DNA from: Candidatus Hydrothermarchaeum profundi
GTDB lineage: Archaea > Hydrothermarchaeota > Hydrothermarchaeia > Hydrothermarchaeales > Hydrothermarchaeaceae
Direction of reading: 5' to 3'
NCBI GenBank assembly: GCA_002011125.2
Contig: MTMF02000009.1
Location: 872,989-936,988 of the forward strand
DNA length: 64,000 bases
Part shown: piece by piece, positions 9,302 to 20,131 of the stretch
How the letters are laid out: every line of letters begins with the position of its first letter
Numbering within the stretch: position 1 is the first letter of the stretch
Notes under the pieces: model-generated
Database searches by the model: none
What the model saw: only the letters and a program-made list of their open reading frames with translations
Told to the model about the DNA's origin: nothing
Program-made: the position numbers and the translations under genes

Positions 9302-10652
9302 GCATTTTTTAAACCATGTAGTTGCGGGATACCTTGGATCAGATAATGGTTCTTCTTTGGGAAAGCTATATTCTCTACCTGTGAAAGAGTTAGAGGAATT
9401 TGTAAGAAGAAGAATGAGGGTAAGTAAGGAGGAGGTAGAGGGGATTCTGGAGAACCCTGCCTATAGGAGGGCTCTGTTTATCGCTGCTAAAAGTGTCGCT
9501 GAATATGGTGTAACAAAACCACAAAAGCTTATTTCTCCCTTTTTGGTTGTATGGAACTTTACCAACCGGTGTAACCTCAAATGTAAACATTGCTATCAAT
9601 CCGCTGGCAAAGCATTAGATAACGAGCTAAGTTTAGAAGAAAAACTTGATACTGTGCATCAACTTGCTTCAGCAAACTTACCCTATTTAGCGCTCTCGGG
9701 AGGTGAACCACTTTTATCCGAGGATATATTCCCTGTAGCTAAAGAGGCTTCCTCTCTAGGTATTTATACTTCGATCGCTACAAATGGCACATTGTTAACC
9801 AAAAAAATAGTGAAGAGGCTAAAGGTATCCGGGATTTCTTATATACAAGTTAGTGTAGATGGAGCTTTTCCTGAGCTTCATGACTCCTTTCGCGGGGTAG
9901 AGGGATGTTGGAAAAGAACTATTAAAGGTATAAAAAATGCTGTTGAAGAAGGTCTTACTGTTTCAATAGCTACTACTATAACCACTTACAACTATCACCA
10001 TTTTGATGAAATACTTCAATTAGCTAAAAAGTTAAAGGTTAACAAGTTAACTATATACAATTTTATTCCGACAGGTAGAGGGAGGGATATAGTGAAAAAC
10101 GACCTTAGTCCACAGATGAGGGAAACTATACTGAAAAAAGCTCAAAAAGAACTTTCCAATGGTTTTGATGTACTAACAACGGCTCCACAGTTTTCTAGAG
10201 TATGTATTGAAGCTGGCGGAGGAACGGTTGGGGTAGCACATTTTGGCAGAATAGGAAATGACAAAGGAAATAACAAGGCAGAATTTATTGCGGATTTCTT
10301 AGGAGGATGTGGTGCGGGAAGGACTTATTGTGCTATCCAGCCAAATGGAAAAGTTACTCCCTGTGTTTTCATTCCTCTTGAAGCAGGAGACTTGAGGAAA
10401 GAGAAATTTATATCTATTTGGAGGAATTCTCCATTACTAAATCTCTTAAGAGACAGAGAGGACTTGAAAGGCCATTGCGGGAAATGTAGATTTAGGGCCT
10501 CATGTGGCGGATGTCGGGCTAGGGCATTAAGTTACTTTAATGACCTTAAAGCTCCAGATGCTGGTTGTATATTTAATCTTCATGCGTGGGAAGCCTTAAA
10601 TAAATTTGAATTCCTAGGGGAGGTAGAAAGTGCCCATATGTCATGTATGTAA
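9273..10652 (+). CDS. Radical SAM/SPASM domain protein
   Basis: CNLKCKHC radical SAM motif, SGGEPL, and SPASM cysteines (GCGAGR..C...PC...CGKC...CGGCRARA...C). Confidence 0.9.
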   Translation: MSRLLSKACRHFLNHVVAGYLGSDNGSSLGKLYSLPVKELEEFVRRRMRVSKEEVEGILENPAYRRALFIAAKSVAEYGVTKPQKLISPFLVVWNFTNRCNLKCKHCYQSAGKALDNELSLEEKLDTVHQLASANLPYLALSGGEPLLSEDIFPVAKEASSLGIYTSIATNGTLLTKKIVKRLKVSGISYIQVSVDGAFPELHDSFRGVEGCWKRTIKGIKNAVEEGLTVSIATTITTYNYHHFDEILQLAKKLKVNKLTIYNFIPTGRGRDIVKNDLSPQMRETILKKAQKELSNGFDVLTTAPQFSRVCIEAGGGTVGVAHFGRIGNDKGNNKAEFIADFLGGCGAGRTYCAIQPNGKVTPCVFIPLEAGDLRKEKFISIWRNSPLLNLLRDREDLKGHCGKCRFRASCGGCRARALSYFNDLKAPDAGCIFNLHAWEALNKFEFLGEVESAHMSCM

Positions 10653-10770
10653 AAAAGAATCAGAAGTGCTCTATACATGTATGAGTTGTGGGATGCCTTA
10701 CTGTACAGACTGCGGGGACATTGACGAGCAAATATGTGACGAGTGCTTAGCTGAGTGGCAACCAGAGTAA
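10630..10770 (+). CDS. 46-aa zinc-finger microprotein with four CxxC motifs
   Basis: Hand translation from GTG 10630, preceded by GGGGAGGT: MPICHVCKKESEVLYTCMSCGMPYCTDCGDIDEQICDECLAEWQPE. Near-identical Cys spacing to 2723-2857. Confidence 0.78.
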   Translation: MPICHVCKKESEVLYTCMSCGMPYCTDCGDIDEQICDECLAEWQPE

Positions 10771-10778
10771 TCTTGATA

Positions 10779-11312
10779 TCACACAAATCTTCTTGTTTCC
10801 AGCTCTGTTATAACTTTCACAGGATTTTTCAGGATACTTCCTACTGGAGAGGTTTTTACAACTGCTTCATTTAGTTCTTTAAGTTTTTCTTTACTTAGCG
10901 GCTCTTTCGTTTTCAAAAAAACTCTTGCTCGAACTTCTGTAAATCCAGGCCAAACTTTTTCTGGGGGTTCTAGTCCAAGGAAGCCTGGGAGATCTATGTT
11001 GCCTTCTAATTCTATTTCAACTTTAGCTAATTCTATTCCTCTTACTGCGGCATTCATAACGTACCCCACTATGAGGCAACAGCCATAAGCACCCAAAACC
11101 ATCTCCACCATATTTGGAGCCGTATTAGTTCCCCCTAAGTCTTCAGGTTCATCCATATTAACGACAAAGTCTCTTATTCTTGCTTCGCATTTAAATCCGC
11201 TCTTCCACTTTGTATTAGCTCTCCAGATTGTTTTTCCTAAATCTGGATTTTCTTTAACTAACTCTACAACTTTCTTGAGGTGATCTACATCTACACCGTT
11301 TACTATTTTCAT
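10779..11312 (-). CDS. OsmC-like family protein
   Basis: IVNGVDV, DEPEDLGGTNTAPN.VE..LGA.G.C, IDL.GFLGL and TSPV motifs. Confidence 0.85.
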   Translation of the reverse strand: MKIVNGVDVDHLKKVVELVKENPDLGKTIWRANTKWKSGFKCEARIRDFVVNMDEPEDLGGTNTAPNMVEMVLGAYGCCLIVGYVMNAAVRGIELAKVEIELEGNIDLPGFLGLEPPEKVWPGFTEVRARVFLKTKEPLSKEKLKELNEAVVKTSPVGSILKNPVKVITELETRRFV

Positions 11313-11398
11313 AAAAACACAAAGAGAGTTACTTATGTTTAATACTTTTTATTTCAAAAAAGAAACTTTCAAGATAGTTTTTTGACATAGTGGAATGA

Positions 11399-11953
11399 TT
11401 GAAAATGAATAGGAATGCAATATATACAAAATACTCTAGTATACTTCAGGGCCACCTCGACGTAAACTCCAAAATACTGGAACTTGAAGGCGCCATAGCC
11501 AACCCTAAGGAACTGACCCACCCAGCAGAAATTTTGAAGAAAAATTTTATAATTTATGTATCAACCGATGTATCTTCCCAGCTCAAGGAAGTAAAGGAGC
11601 ATAAAAAAATTGATTGCGTCGTAGTAGATAGCAGAATTTTACCTTTCAAGAATAAAACTTTTGACCTTGTTCATGTTACTTTCCCTGCAAGGGTCCCAGA
11701 ATTCAGGTATAAAGGCAAAACTATTAACCCTACCTTCTCGGGTAGGGGTATACCTAAAAGTGCTGCTGAGATTCAAAGAGTATTAAAAGAGGATGGCTTA
11801 TTAGTTATATTTCCATTTTTTAAATATAAGGACGATCTAGATGAATTTTGGCAAAATAGAATTAGTAAGACGTTCATTAGTATGGGTTTTAAGATGGATG
11901 AAAAAGAAGTGTATCCCCAACATTCAGCTGCTATTTTCACAGTAGTAAGATAA
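11399..11953 (+). CDS. Putative class I SAM-dependent methyltransferase-like protein (divergent)
   Basis: D...LPFKNKTFDLV and EIQRVLKEDGLLVI motifs; glycine-rich motif I is degenerate. Confidence 0.5.
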   Translation: MKMNRNAIYTKYSSILQGHLDVNSKILELEGAIANPKELTHPAEILKKNFIIYVSTDVSSQLKEVKEHKKIDCVVVDSRILPFKNKTFDLVHVTFPARVPEFRYKGKTINPTFSGRGIPKSAAEIQRVLKEDGLLVIFPFFKYKDDLDEFWQNRISKTFISMGFKMDEKEVYPQHSAAIFTVVR

Positions 11954-11971
11954 TGAGGTAATAATGAATAG

Positions 11972-12046
11972 TGGGGCCGCTGAGATTTGAACTCAGGTCC
12001 ATGGCTCCCGAAGCCACGAGGATAGACCAAACTACCCTACGGCCCC
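11972..12046 (-). tRNA. tRNA-Pro (anticodon CGG), no intron, CCA not encoded
   Basis: Minus strand reads GGGGCCG...GTGGC-TTCGGGA-GCCAT...CTGAG-TTCAAAT-CTCAG-CGGCCCC-A, a complete cloverleaf. Confidence 0.96.
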
Positions 12047-12074
12047 TTTTTTTAATGAATATCTGGTACTTGGT

Positions 12075-12088
12075 CTTTAAATTTTTTC
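12075..12088 (-). promoter_or_regulatory. BRE/TATA box of the tRNA-Pro gene
   Basis: GAAAAAATTTAAAG on the minus strand, about 30 nt upstream of the tRNA 5' end. Confidence 0.55.
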
Positions 12089-12167
12089 TATTACGACTAT
12101 AGACGAATTTTAATTAGATTTATGCCGAAAAACATATATATCTGAGATTAAAAGAAGGCAATGAAAG

Positions 12168-12881
12168 GTGGCATTAGTGACTCTTGAGGAAGAATTTTCC
12201 AAAATGATCGCAGGTGAAATCGTGTTGTCAGCAAATCCGAGCAACACACTAAGAAAATGGAGAGAAACTTTCGGTCTTTCTAAGACGGATTTAGCAAAGC
12301 GCATAGGAATTTCACCTTCAGTTATATGCGACTACGAGAAAGGGAGGCGGAAATCTCCTGGAACCAAGATTATTAAAAAAATCATATCTGCATTATTGGA
12401 GAGCGACATTGAGAGGGGTAGACCAGTCCTAAAGAGTTATGAAAGGTGTATAGGAGTAACTCGAGGAGGAGCTATACTTGATATTAAGGAATTCTCAATG
12501 CCACTCAAAGCTAGAGATATATGCGATATAGCTAGAGGCAAGGTTCTAGTCAATAAAGATCAGCTAGGAAAAGAGCTATATGGGTATACAGTATTAGACA
12601 GCCTTAAAGCTATACTTGAGATGTCTTCCGATGAGTTTTTAAAGGTGTATGGCCTTACTTCGGAGAGAGCGCTTATATTCACGAAAGTTGCTAGCGGGAG
12701 GTCCCCCTTTGTCGCAATTAGAGTTACTAGTATAAAACCTGGGCTAGTGATTTTGCATGGATTGAAAGATGTTGACTCTTTAGGATTGGAAATAGCATTA
12801 AAAGAAAAGATTCCAGTAGCTATTTCCGAGATTGATGACGTTCAAGTGTTAATAGAGGAGTTGAGGAGAAACACTTCATGA
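12168..12881 (+). CDS. XRE-family HTH regulator with DRTGG-like domain (COG1709 type)
   Basis: [45 protein letters not shown] motifs; usual position before the HMG-CoA synthase cluster. Confidence 0.85.
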   Translation: MALVTLEEEFSKMIAGEIVLSANPSNTLRKWRETFGLSKTDLAKRIGISPSVICDYEKGRRKSPGTKIIKKIISALLESDIERGRPVLKSYERCIGVTRGGAILDIKEFSMPLKARDICDIARGKVLVNKDQLGKELYGYTVLDSLKAILEMSSDEFLKVYGLTSERALIFTKVASGRSPFVAIRVTSIKPGLVILHGLKDVDSLGLEIALKEKIPVAISEIDDVQVLIEELRRNTS

Positions 12882-13933
12882 AGCTTGAGGGAGTAGGAAT
12901 AGTAGGTTATGGGGTATACATCCCCCGATACAGGATAAAGGTCGAAGAAATCGCAAAAATATGGGGTGGAGACGCAAAAAGCATTTCTAATGGTCTTAAA
13001 ATATTTGAAAAGGCCGTAGCAGATTACGATGAAGATGCAGCTACGATAGCAGTTGAGGCTGCTAGAAACGCTGTTAGGATGGCGAGTATTGATCCAAAAG
13101 ACATAGGTGCAATTTATGTTGGATCGGAAAGCCATCCATACACAGTAAAACCTACTGCAACGATTGTTGCTGAGGCCATAGGGGCTTCCCCAGAACTCAC
13201 GGCGGCAGATTATGAATTCGCTTGTAAGGCGGGTACTGCTGGAATCCAAACATGCATGGGATTAGTAGCCTCAAATATAATAAAATATGGATTAGCTATA
13301 GGAAGCGATACTGCTCAGGGGGCTCCAGGAGATGCCTTGGAATATACAGCATCATCAGGAGGGGTAGCGTATATAATAGGTAAGGATAAGCTAATTGCAA
13401 GTATTGAGGGTACATACTCATATACTACTGACACACCTGATTTTTGGAGAAAAGAAGGCCAGCCCTATCCTAGGCATGGTGGAAGGTTTACAGGTGCGCC
13501 CGCATTTTTTAAGCACGTGTATAATGCGTCAATAGGGTTGATGGAGTCTTTGAATCTTAAGCCGCAAGATTTTGATTATGCGGTATTCCATCAGCCAAAT
13601 GGAAAGTTTCCAAGAAAAGTTGCAAAAATGCTAGGCTTTACAATAGAGCAGATAGAGGAGGGTATACTCGTTGATAAAATAGGAAATACTTACTCTGGGT
13701 CCTCTCTTATGGGGCTTGCAGCGGTCTTAGATAAGGCAGAGTCTGGTGAAAGAATAATGCTCACATCATTTGGTTCTGGTGCGGGGAGTGATAGTTTTAG
13801 CATACTTGTTGAAGAGGGTATAAAAAAAATTAGAGGAAAGGTTCCATCAGTTGAAGATTACATTAAAAGGAAAAAATACTTGGATTATGCAACCTACGCC
13901 AAGTTAAGAAGAAAAATAAAGGTGATCTCGTGA
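12878..13933 (+). CDS. Hydroxymethylglutaryl-CoA synthase (archaeal)
   Basis: [31 protein letters not shown] and IGNTYSG motifs. Confidence 0.95.
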   Translation: MKLEGVGIVGYGVYIPRYRIKVEEIAKIWGGDAKSISNGLKIFEKAVADYDEDAATIAVEAARNAVRMASIDPKDIGAIYVGSESHPYTVKPTATIVAEAIGASPELTAADYEFACKAGTAGIQTCMGLVASNIIKYGLAIGSDTAQGAPGDALEYTASSGGVAYIIGKDKLIASIEGTYSYTTDTPDFWRKEGQPYPRHGGRFTGAPAFFKHVYNASIGLMESLNLKPQDFDYAVFHQPNGKFPRKVAKMLGFTIEQIEEGILVDKIGNTYSGSSLMGLAAVLDKAESGERIMLTSFGSGAGSDSFSILVEEGIKKIRGKVPSVEDYIKRKKYLDYATYAKLRRKIKVIS

Positions 13934-15084
13934 AAGTAGCGATAATAGGGGTAGGGCTTACAAGATTTGGGGAGCTCTGGGAAACCTCATTTAGTCATCT
14001 ATTTGTAGAAGCAGGGGCAAATGCGTTACGGGATGCGGGAGTAGACGGTAAAGATGTGGAGGCAATTTTTGTTGGAAACATGTCTGCAGGTAGATTTGTT
14101 GATCAAGAGCATATCTCATGTCTCATTGCAGATCAAGCCGGATTAAACCCTATACCCGCTACAAGAATAGAGGCAGCATGCGCATCTGGAGGTCATGCTT
14201 TACGACAAGGTATTATGTCGATTTTATCCGGATTTCATGATTTAGTAGTTGTAGGTGGAGTAGAAAAGATGACTGACGTTATGACGGAGAGTACAACCCA
14301 GACTTTAGCTACGGCAGCAGATCAAGAGTGGGAAGCATTCTTAGGCATGACTTTCCCCGGGTTATATGCAATGATGGCGAGACGTCACATGTACGAATTC
14401 GGAACTACTCGAGAGCAACTTGCACTTGTGTCTGTGAAGAACCATAGGAATGCTATTCATAATCCCTATGCTCAGTATCATGTTGAGATAACGGTTGACG
14501 ATGTATTAAATTCCCCTATAATAGCAGATCCATTAAGATTGCTTGATTGTTCTCCAATCACAGATGGTGCAGCATGTGTGGTGTTAGCGTCAGAACGTAA
14601 AGCTAGGGAATATACTGATTCTCCGATATATATAACGGGTAGCGGTCAGGCAACAAGTACTTTATCTCTACATAGCAGGAAGCAAATCCCGGTTGTGGAT
14701 TCCACAATTAATGCAGCAAAGGAAGCATATAAGAGAGCAGGGAAAAGTCCAAAAGATATTCAGGTAGCGGAAGTGCATGATGCTTTTACCATTGGGGAGA
14801 TAATGGCAATAGAAAATTTAGGGTTTTTCAATATTGGAGAAGGAGGGAAGGCAACAGAAGAAGGGGAGACTGAGATTGGTGGTAAAATACCAGTGAACAC
14901 GTCAGGAGGCCTTAAAGCGAAAGGTCATCCAGTAGGAGCTACGGGTGTAGCTCAGGCAGTCGAGATAGTACTACAATTACGAGGAGATGCTAAGGGTAGG
15001 CAAGTTGATGCTGATATAGGATTAACGCACAATGTGGGCGGCTCAGGAGGAACTGCAGTGGTGCATATTTATGAGAAGGGATAA
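13930..15084 (+). CDS. Acetoacetyl-CoA thiolase (SCP-x type, mevalonate pathway)
   Basis: [37 protein letters not shown] and HNVGGSG motifs; between HMGS and DUF35. Confidence 0.93.
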   Translation: MKVAIIGVGLTRFGELWETSFSHLFVEAGANALRDAGVDGKDVEAIFVGNMSAGRFVDQEHISCLIADQAGLNPIPATRIEAACASGGHALRQGIMSILSGFHDLVVVGGVEKMTDVMTESTTQTLATAADQEWEAFLGMTFPGLYAMMARRHMYEFGTTREQLALVSVKNHRNAIHNPYAQYHVEITVDDVLNSPIIADPLRLLDCSPITDGAACVVLASERKAREYTDSPIYITGSGQATSTLSLHSRKQIPVVDSTINAAKEAYKRAGKSPKDIQVAEVHDAFTIGEIMAIENLGFFNIGEGGKATEEGETEIGGKIPVNTSGGLKAKGHPVGATGVAQAVEIVLQLRGDAKGRQVDADIGLTHNVGGSGGTAVVHIYEKG

Positions 15085-15087
15085 AAG

Positions 15088-15489
15088 ATGAGTAACGTTC
15101 CAAGATTTTGGAGAAACTTAAAGCGCAGATATAATTTGATAGGTACTAAATGTCTAAACTGTAATGAGCTCTATTTTCCTCCTAGACAGCTTTGTCCAAA
15201 ATGTAGAAGAGCGAGTAAAATAGAAGATGTGCAGCTTAAGGGACGAGGAGAAGTTTTAACTTATACAATAATTCATTCGGCACCTAAGAGATTTGAAGGA
15301 CAGACTCCTTACATAATGGCAATAATCCAGCTTGAAGAGGGCCCCAAACTTACAGCCCAGATAGTAGACTGTGATCCTACTGAAATTGATATAGGAATGA
15401 AAGTGGAGATGGTGTTTAGGAGGATACAAGAAGATGGAGACGCAGGGCTCATTTACTATGGGTACAAATTTAGACCTATAGCAAACTAA
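15088..15489 (+). CDS. DUF35 Zn-ribbon/OB-fold scaffold of the thiolase-HMGS complex
   Basis: VPRFWR, C..C...FPPR..CP.C and GLIYYGYKFRP motifs; operon context. Confidence 0.92.
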   Translation: MSNVPRFWRNLKRRYNLIGTKCLNCNELYFPPRQLCPKCRRASKIEDVQLKGRGEVLTYTIIHSAPKRFEGQTPYIMAIIQLEEGPKLTAQIVDCDPTEIDIGMKVEMVFRRIQEDGDAGLIYYGYKFRPIAN

Positions 15490-15512
15490 GCTCAAATTGT
15501 CACGTTTGTCTC

Positions 15513-16442
15513 TTAGTCTCTCACGCCCACTTCAGATAGGGAGAATATTGCTTCTCCTTCAGGTAGGTTTGGAGAATCGATCAGCCGGCCAACTCTCTTA
15601 CCGCCTTTAGATTTTCTGAGATATATCCGGAAAGTAGATGAATGTCCTACGACATGTCCCCCAATAGGAGCAGTAGGGTCTCCAAAGAAGAAGTCAGGTC
15701 TGGCCATTACCTGATTAGTAACGACCACCGCTAAATTATGTATGTCACATAACCGTTGAAGATCATGCATATGGCGATTCAATTTTTGCTGCCGGTCAGC
15801 GAGCATGCCTCTGCCGGTATAGTCCGACCTAAAGTGTGAAGTAAGTGAATCAACCGCGATTAATCCTATATTTTTTTCTTTAATAAGTTCGCTTGCTTTC
15901 TCTGTAATAAGGATCTGATGATCACTATTGTAGGCTCTAGCAATTATTATATTTTCAAGAACTGTGTCGGGATCTAGATCCATACCTTTTGCCATCTGAA
16001 TTATACGCTCTGGTCTGAACGTATTTTCAGTATCAATATACAGCGCATTTCTCTCTAATCCGCCTCTTTCTTCTGGTAGCTGGACGTTTACTGCCAACTG
16101 ATGACAGATCTGAGTTTTTCCAGAACCGAATTCTCCAAATAGTTCAGTAATAGCTTGAGTCTCAATTCCCCCTCCAAGGAGTTCATCAAGTTTTTTGCTG
16201 CCAAGTGTAATCTTCCGCATATTCTTTCTTTTTTCCATAACTTCGGTACCGGTCATAAAACGCATCTGTAGTGTATTGCGCGCTGCATCTATTATCTTCA
16301 TTAATGTGCCCTCCCCCATGCCTGAAATCTCTTTTAGCTCTCCAATACTGGCAACGGCTATAGATTCTACGGTTTTATAACCAGCTTCCCTTAATTTTTC
16401 GGCAGTAGCTTCCCCAACCCCAGGTAATTCTTCAAGTTCCAT
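15513..16442 (-). CDS. radA: DNA repair and recombination protein RadA
   Basis: N-terminal HhH domain, Walker [21 protein letters not shown] and LADRQQKL; no intein. Confidence 0.97.
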   Translation of the reverse strand: MELEELPGVGEATAEKLREAGYKTVESIAVASIGELKEISGMGEGTLMKIIDAARNTLQMRFMTGTEVMEKRKNMRKITLGSKKLDELLGGGIETQAITELFGEFGSGKTQICHQLAVNVQLPEERGGLERNALYIDTENTFRPERIIQMAKGMDLDPDTVLENIIIARAYNSDHQILITEKASELIKEKNIGLIAVDSLTSHFRSDYTGRGMLADRQQKLNRHMHDLQRLCDIHNLAVVVTNQVMARPDFFFGDPTAPIGGHVVGHSSTFRIYLRKSKGGKRVGRLIDSPNLPEGEAIFSLSEVGVRD

Positions 16443-16446
16443 CTAA

Positions 16447-17748
16447 TTACTCCTCCTTAGTTCTTTGTTTAGCCTCCTTTAATAAAATTTCAGCTTCAAC
16501 TTTCGGATCTGGATTAAGGTTTATATCTTCCACAACCAACTCAGCTCTGCCAGAAAATTCGTTATGAATTACTCTAACTATTGCGATAACCTCTTTGCCT
16601 AATAGTTGTTTTCTTCGCTGGGAGATCTCTTCTGTAATATCGCTTTCTAAAGCTTTTTTTAGAGGCATATTTAAAAGAATCTCAGCCATCCTGTCGTAAA
16701 ATGCTGCTCTCATAGCAGCTGTACCATCATCTATCACTGCATTTATTACCATTCCTTTTCCATCATCTCTGTCGAAGATTTTGAGGTTTTCGTAAACTTC
16801 TACCAAAGCTCCTCTAATCTCAGCTTTTTCGCCAACTGAAAGGTCGCTCATATTCTTTCTAGTGATCTCTGCAGGACTCTCTTCTGGAACTTCTCCAATT
16901 TCTTCTTCAGGATTAAGCACTATTTTGCCGTATCTTCCAACGTTTATCTCCGGCTCCTGAAATCTCATCTTTACATATCCTCTCTTTACCTTTATAGTGT
17001 CTCCCTCTTTTATTCTACCTTCTTCTACTAGTGCTACATCTTCGTCCCACAACACAAGCTTCCCTCTCCCCGTTTCATCCCCTACGATAAGATTTACAAC
17101 TTTACCTTTTGTATCATCATCTCTCTCGAATTCTCTAGGTTCATAGATCCTTATAATTTTACAAACTACATCCACGCTACTCGTATCTTCTGTTAGATCT
17201 GCAATTTTTTTCTTTCTTTCCTCTGGTAAGGGTATTTCCTTATCATCGACATCCTTTGGGTTAGGTATTACTCTCGTTCTTATGCCGATATGTAGTTCTG
17301 GTTCTCCGTTAATATTCTCCTTAGTATACCCGTCTCTAATTCTAAGAATTTTTCCTTCTTCAATGTCCCCTCTCTCAATTAATGAAACATCCTTTCCCCA
17401 GAAAACCGTTCTTATCGTACCAGTGTCGTCTCCTAATATTATACTGCAAACCCTTCCCCTACTTCCATCCTCTTTTTCAAACTCCTTAGGTTCAAAAACT
17501 CGCATTACCCTGCCAATGATATCTACGCTGTTCATACCTGGAATGATATTCTCTATCTTCAACTCAGGCTTTTTAGATATACTTTCAAACAAGTTTATTC
17601 CCATTTCATTGGCAACTATATGGGCGGCCCCTTCTATTGTAATTAGGCCCCCAAGCTCTTTCTGTTTATTCTCTATTTTTACTTTAATCTCTTTTTCTTC
17701 TATATTAGTTTCCTCAGAAATCTTCCTAATTATATCTGCTATATCCAT
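16447..17748 (-). CDS. rpa: Replication protein A (multi-OB-fold ssDNA-binding protein)
   Basis: LI..EGAAHIVA N-terminal domain, repeated OB folds (GD.TG.IR.V.W), adjacent to radA. Confidence 0.85.
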   Translation of the reverse strand: MDIADIIRKISEETNIEEKEIKVKIENKQKELGGLITIEGAAHIVANEMGINLFESISKKPELKIENIIPGMNSVDIIGRVMRVFEPKEFEKEDGSRGRVCSIILGDDTGTIRTVFWGKDVSLIERGDIEEGKILRIRDGYTKENINGEPELHIGIRTRVIPNPKDVDDKEIPLPEERKKKIADLTEDTSSVDVVCKIIRIYEPREFERDDDTKGKVVNLIVGDETGRGKLVLWDEDVALVEEGRIKEGDTIKVKRGYVKMRFQEPEINVGRYGKIVLNPEEEIGEVPEESPAEITRKNMSDLSVGEKAEIRGALVEVYENLKIFDRDDGKGMVINAVIDDGTAAMRAAFYDRMAEILLNMPLKKALESDITEEISQRRKQLLGKEVIAIVRVIHNEFSGRAELVVEDINLNPDPKVEAEILLKEAKQRTKEE

Positions 17749-17941
17749 ATCTTATACACCCTAAAAGCGGATAAGGCTGCCCCCTTATAAAGTGGTTGAA
17801 TATCGGAAAAATATTTACCTTCATGCTATTTATAGTTAAACTCTACAAATATACTTTTTTCGTAAGAGCACAGGAAAAGTATATTCATTTCAAGTAGGTT
17901 AAATCATATCGTATGAGCAAAATAAAAAGGAGGCATATCAA

Positions 17942-18445
17942 ATGGGAGATGTAATGAAAGACTTGGCGGATGCTTTTTCTGGAGAAAGTCAAGCCAATAG
18001 GAAATATACGATATTTGCCAGCAAGGCCGAGCAGGAGGGGCTGCCAAATATTGCTTTGTTATTTAAGGCAGCAGCGGAAGCTGAAGCGGTACATGCTCAA
18101 GCTCATTTAAGAGTTATAGGAGGAGTGAAATCTACAAAAGAAAACCTAGAAGCAGCTATAAGAGGCGAAGCGCACGAGTTTAAAGAAATGTATCCTAGTT
18201 TCATAAAAGACGCTGAGGAAGAAGGCAATAAGTCTGCGTTAATAAGTTTTAAGAACGCTAATGCAGTTGAGGAGATACATCACAATCTCTACAAAGAGGC
18301 TTTAGAAGCGGTAGAGAAGGGGCAAGATTTGCCTAAGAGGGATATCTATGTATGCCAAATCTGTGGTAATACCGTATATGGTGAACCTCCTGAAAGATGT
18401 CCTATATGCAATGCGCCTAGAAAGCGGTTTAAGAAGATAGAATAA
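17942..18445 (+). CDS. rbr: Rubrerythrin
   Basis: AFSGESQANRKY, EAVHA, E.HE..EMYP, EEIH and a C-terminal CQICG...CPICNA rubredoxin-like site. Confidence 0.93.
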   Translation: MGDVMKDLADAFSGESQANRKYTIFASKAEQEGLPNIALLFKAAAEAEAVHAQAHLRVIGGVKSTKENLEAAIRGEAHEFKEMYPSFIKDAEEEGNKSALISFKNANAVEEIHHNLYKEALEAVEKGQDLPKRDIYVCQICGNTVYGEPPERCPICNAPRKRFKKIE

Positions 18446-18482
18446 GAGGCATCTGAGAGTATTCTCATCTTTGTACTAAACA

Positions 18483-20063
18483 TTAAAACTGGATAATCGC
18501 TCTAGTCATTTCAATAGGCTTGCACATGCCGGTATTTCTCCAGGCTTCATAAAGCTTCTCACCAGCCTTAAAAAAATCTATATCATTGTTTAAGTTTTCG
18601 GCATAGAGGAACTCTACATACTCTCTACTGAGAGATTGATAATAGAGCCGTACCTCTGCAGAAACAGAGTTTTGGGGTATTGAGTATAGAGTTATATCCC
18701 AATTCTGGCCATCAGCGTAGGATGCTCCTCTTATATATGCTTTATATTCTTCGTAATCTTTATTTCTGAATCCCGCGGGCGGTATCCGGTTGTCATAGTA
18801 TATGTAATTATTTGCTGCGAAATGGAAGCTTGGCCCTTCCGGAATTCCAAGGCGATCAGGGAGAGCTTCAGTTATGCCGACATATTTTATACCTGGTTTT
18901 ATTTCGTAGGTCTTAAGTTCTGGGTCCACTAGCAGTCTAGCTTCCTCGGGATCATACTTCCCAGATTCTTTAATTATTTTTCCATTAGAGTCATAAAATT
19001 TAACATTAACCCACATGATTCTCCCCTCACTATACCCTGTAGGTAATTTGTGGCCAGCTCTGTTTATAACTTTTACTTTCAGATTCCCTCCGTCTTTTGA
19101 GAGTTCGAGCTCAGCCGCGCTCTGGAGCATCTTTTCTGCATTTTCTTTCGATTTTTGTAATGCTTTAAGGGTAGTTTGGTCTTTTATGTCGTAGAGATAA
19201 ACTAACATATCTTGGACGCAGGTACTGCCTCCAGCAAAATCATGTCTATAGACCTTATCTCGTAGTACACGAGCCTCTCTTATTGCACATGCGAATCCAT
19301 CCTCTACGGCGGGCATATGGCAATCCTGACATGATACTTGATTGCCGTCGGAAGCGTATAGTCCGTAGGCGCTATATCTCCATTCGGTATATGTTCTTTC
19401 GAGGGGCTCATTCCCGTATAGGGGGTTATCAATGTCGTGACATGTACCGCAAAAGTCGGATCTTGTATGGAAATCCGAATACTCGCTTACGTGGCCTGTG
19501 GCTATAGGCTGATATGGTCCTCTCTTAGTTGATTGGGGTGACACTATAAACTGGCTATTGTGGTATGCGTCAACTGTACCATTTGTCTGAAGCTTTTTAC
19601 CTTCCTCAGTGAATGGATCAACCATCCGATGGCAAAAATCACAGATAACTCCGTCAAAGTCTTTTTCCGCCTCGCTAAGAGCTGAGCCGTCTACCGGCTT
19701 AGAGCGGCCTTCTAGCCAAGCCTTGGGAGTATGACATCTTAGGCAGTAATCTCCTACCTCAGCAATGCCATCGAAATCCTTATTTGATATCGCTAATGCT
19801 GCGAGAAATATGGGGTCTCTTCCTGCATGACTCATCATCGATCCCCGCCAAGTATCGTACGGGCTATAGTTAGAATAGTTTCCATGGCAGAAATAGCAAA
19901 AGAGCTGGGTCTCAAAGAGTAACCCCTCTTCTGGCTGGCTTCCTGGGAGGAAAACTTCAGTAGGTTTTATTAGAGTCTCTGTGGTATCCTCTGGGGGAGT
20001 AGTAGGTCCGCTTAAGCATCCACTTACGAATAAAAGAAGCAGGATCGACACGAGAGATTTCAT
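18483..20063 (-). CDS. Pentaheme cytochrome c lipoprotein
   Basis: Lipobox-like LLLLFVSGC; five CxxCH (CYFCH, CLRCH, CDFCH, CGTCH, CQDCH); C-terminal domain with GHKLPTGY.EGR. Confidence 0.88.
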   Translation of the reverse strand: MKSLVSILLLLFVSGCLSGPTTPPEDTTETLIKPTEVFLPGSQPEEGLLFETQLFCYFCHGNYSNYSPYDTWRGSMMSHAGRDPIFLAALAISNKDFDGIAEVGDYCLRCHTPKAWLEGRSKPVDGSALSEAEKDFDGVICDFCHRMVDPFTEEGKKLQTNGTVDAYHNSQFIVSPQSTKRGPYQPIATGHVSEYSDFHTRSDFCGTCHDIDNPLYGNEPLERTYTEWRYSAYGLYASDGNQVSCQDCHMPAVEDGFACAIREARVLRDKVYRHDFAGGSTCVQDMLVYLYDIKDQTTLKALQKSKENAEKMLQSAAELELSKDGGNLKVKVINRAGHKLPTGYSEGRIMWVNVKFYDSNGKIIKESGKYDPEEARLLVDPELKTYEIKPGIKYVGITEALPDRLGIPEGPSFHFAANNYIYYDNRIPPAGFRNKDYEEYKAYIRGASYADGQNWDITLYSIPQNSVSAEVRLYYQSLSREYVEFLYAENLNNDIDFFKAGEKLYEAWRNTGMCKPIEMTRAIIQF

Positions 20064-20131
20064 TATTATTTATTTTTTCTTATTTTTTATAAACTCTTTT
20101 TGCTGAAATCTCAGGTGTTTTGATATTGATT

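Noticed and set aside
11972-12046. tRNA-Pro as the attachment site of an integrated element
   Set aside because: No integrase and no duplicated tRNA 3' end seen in the window.
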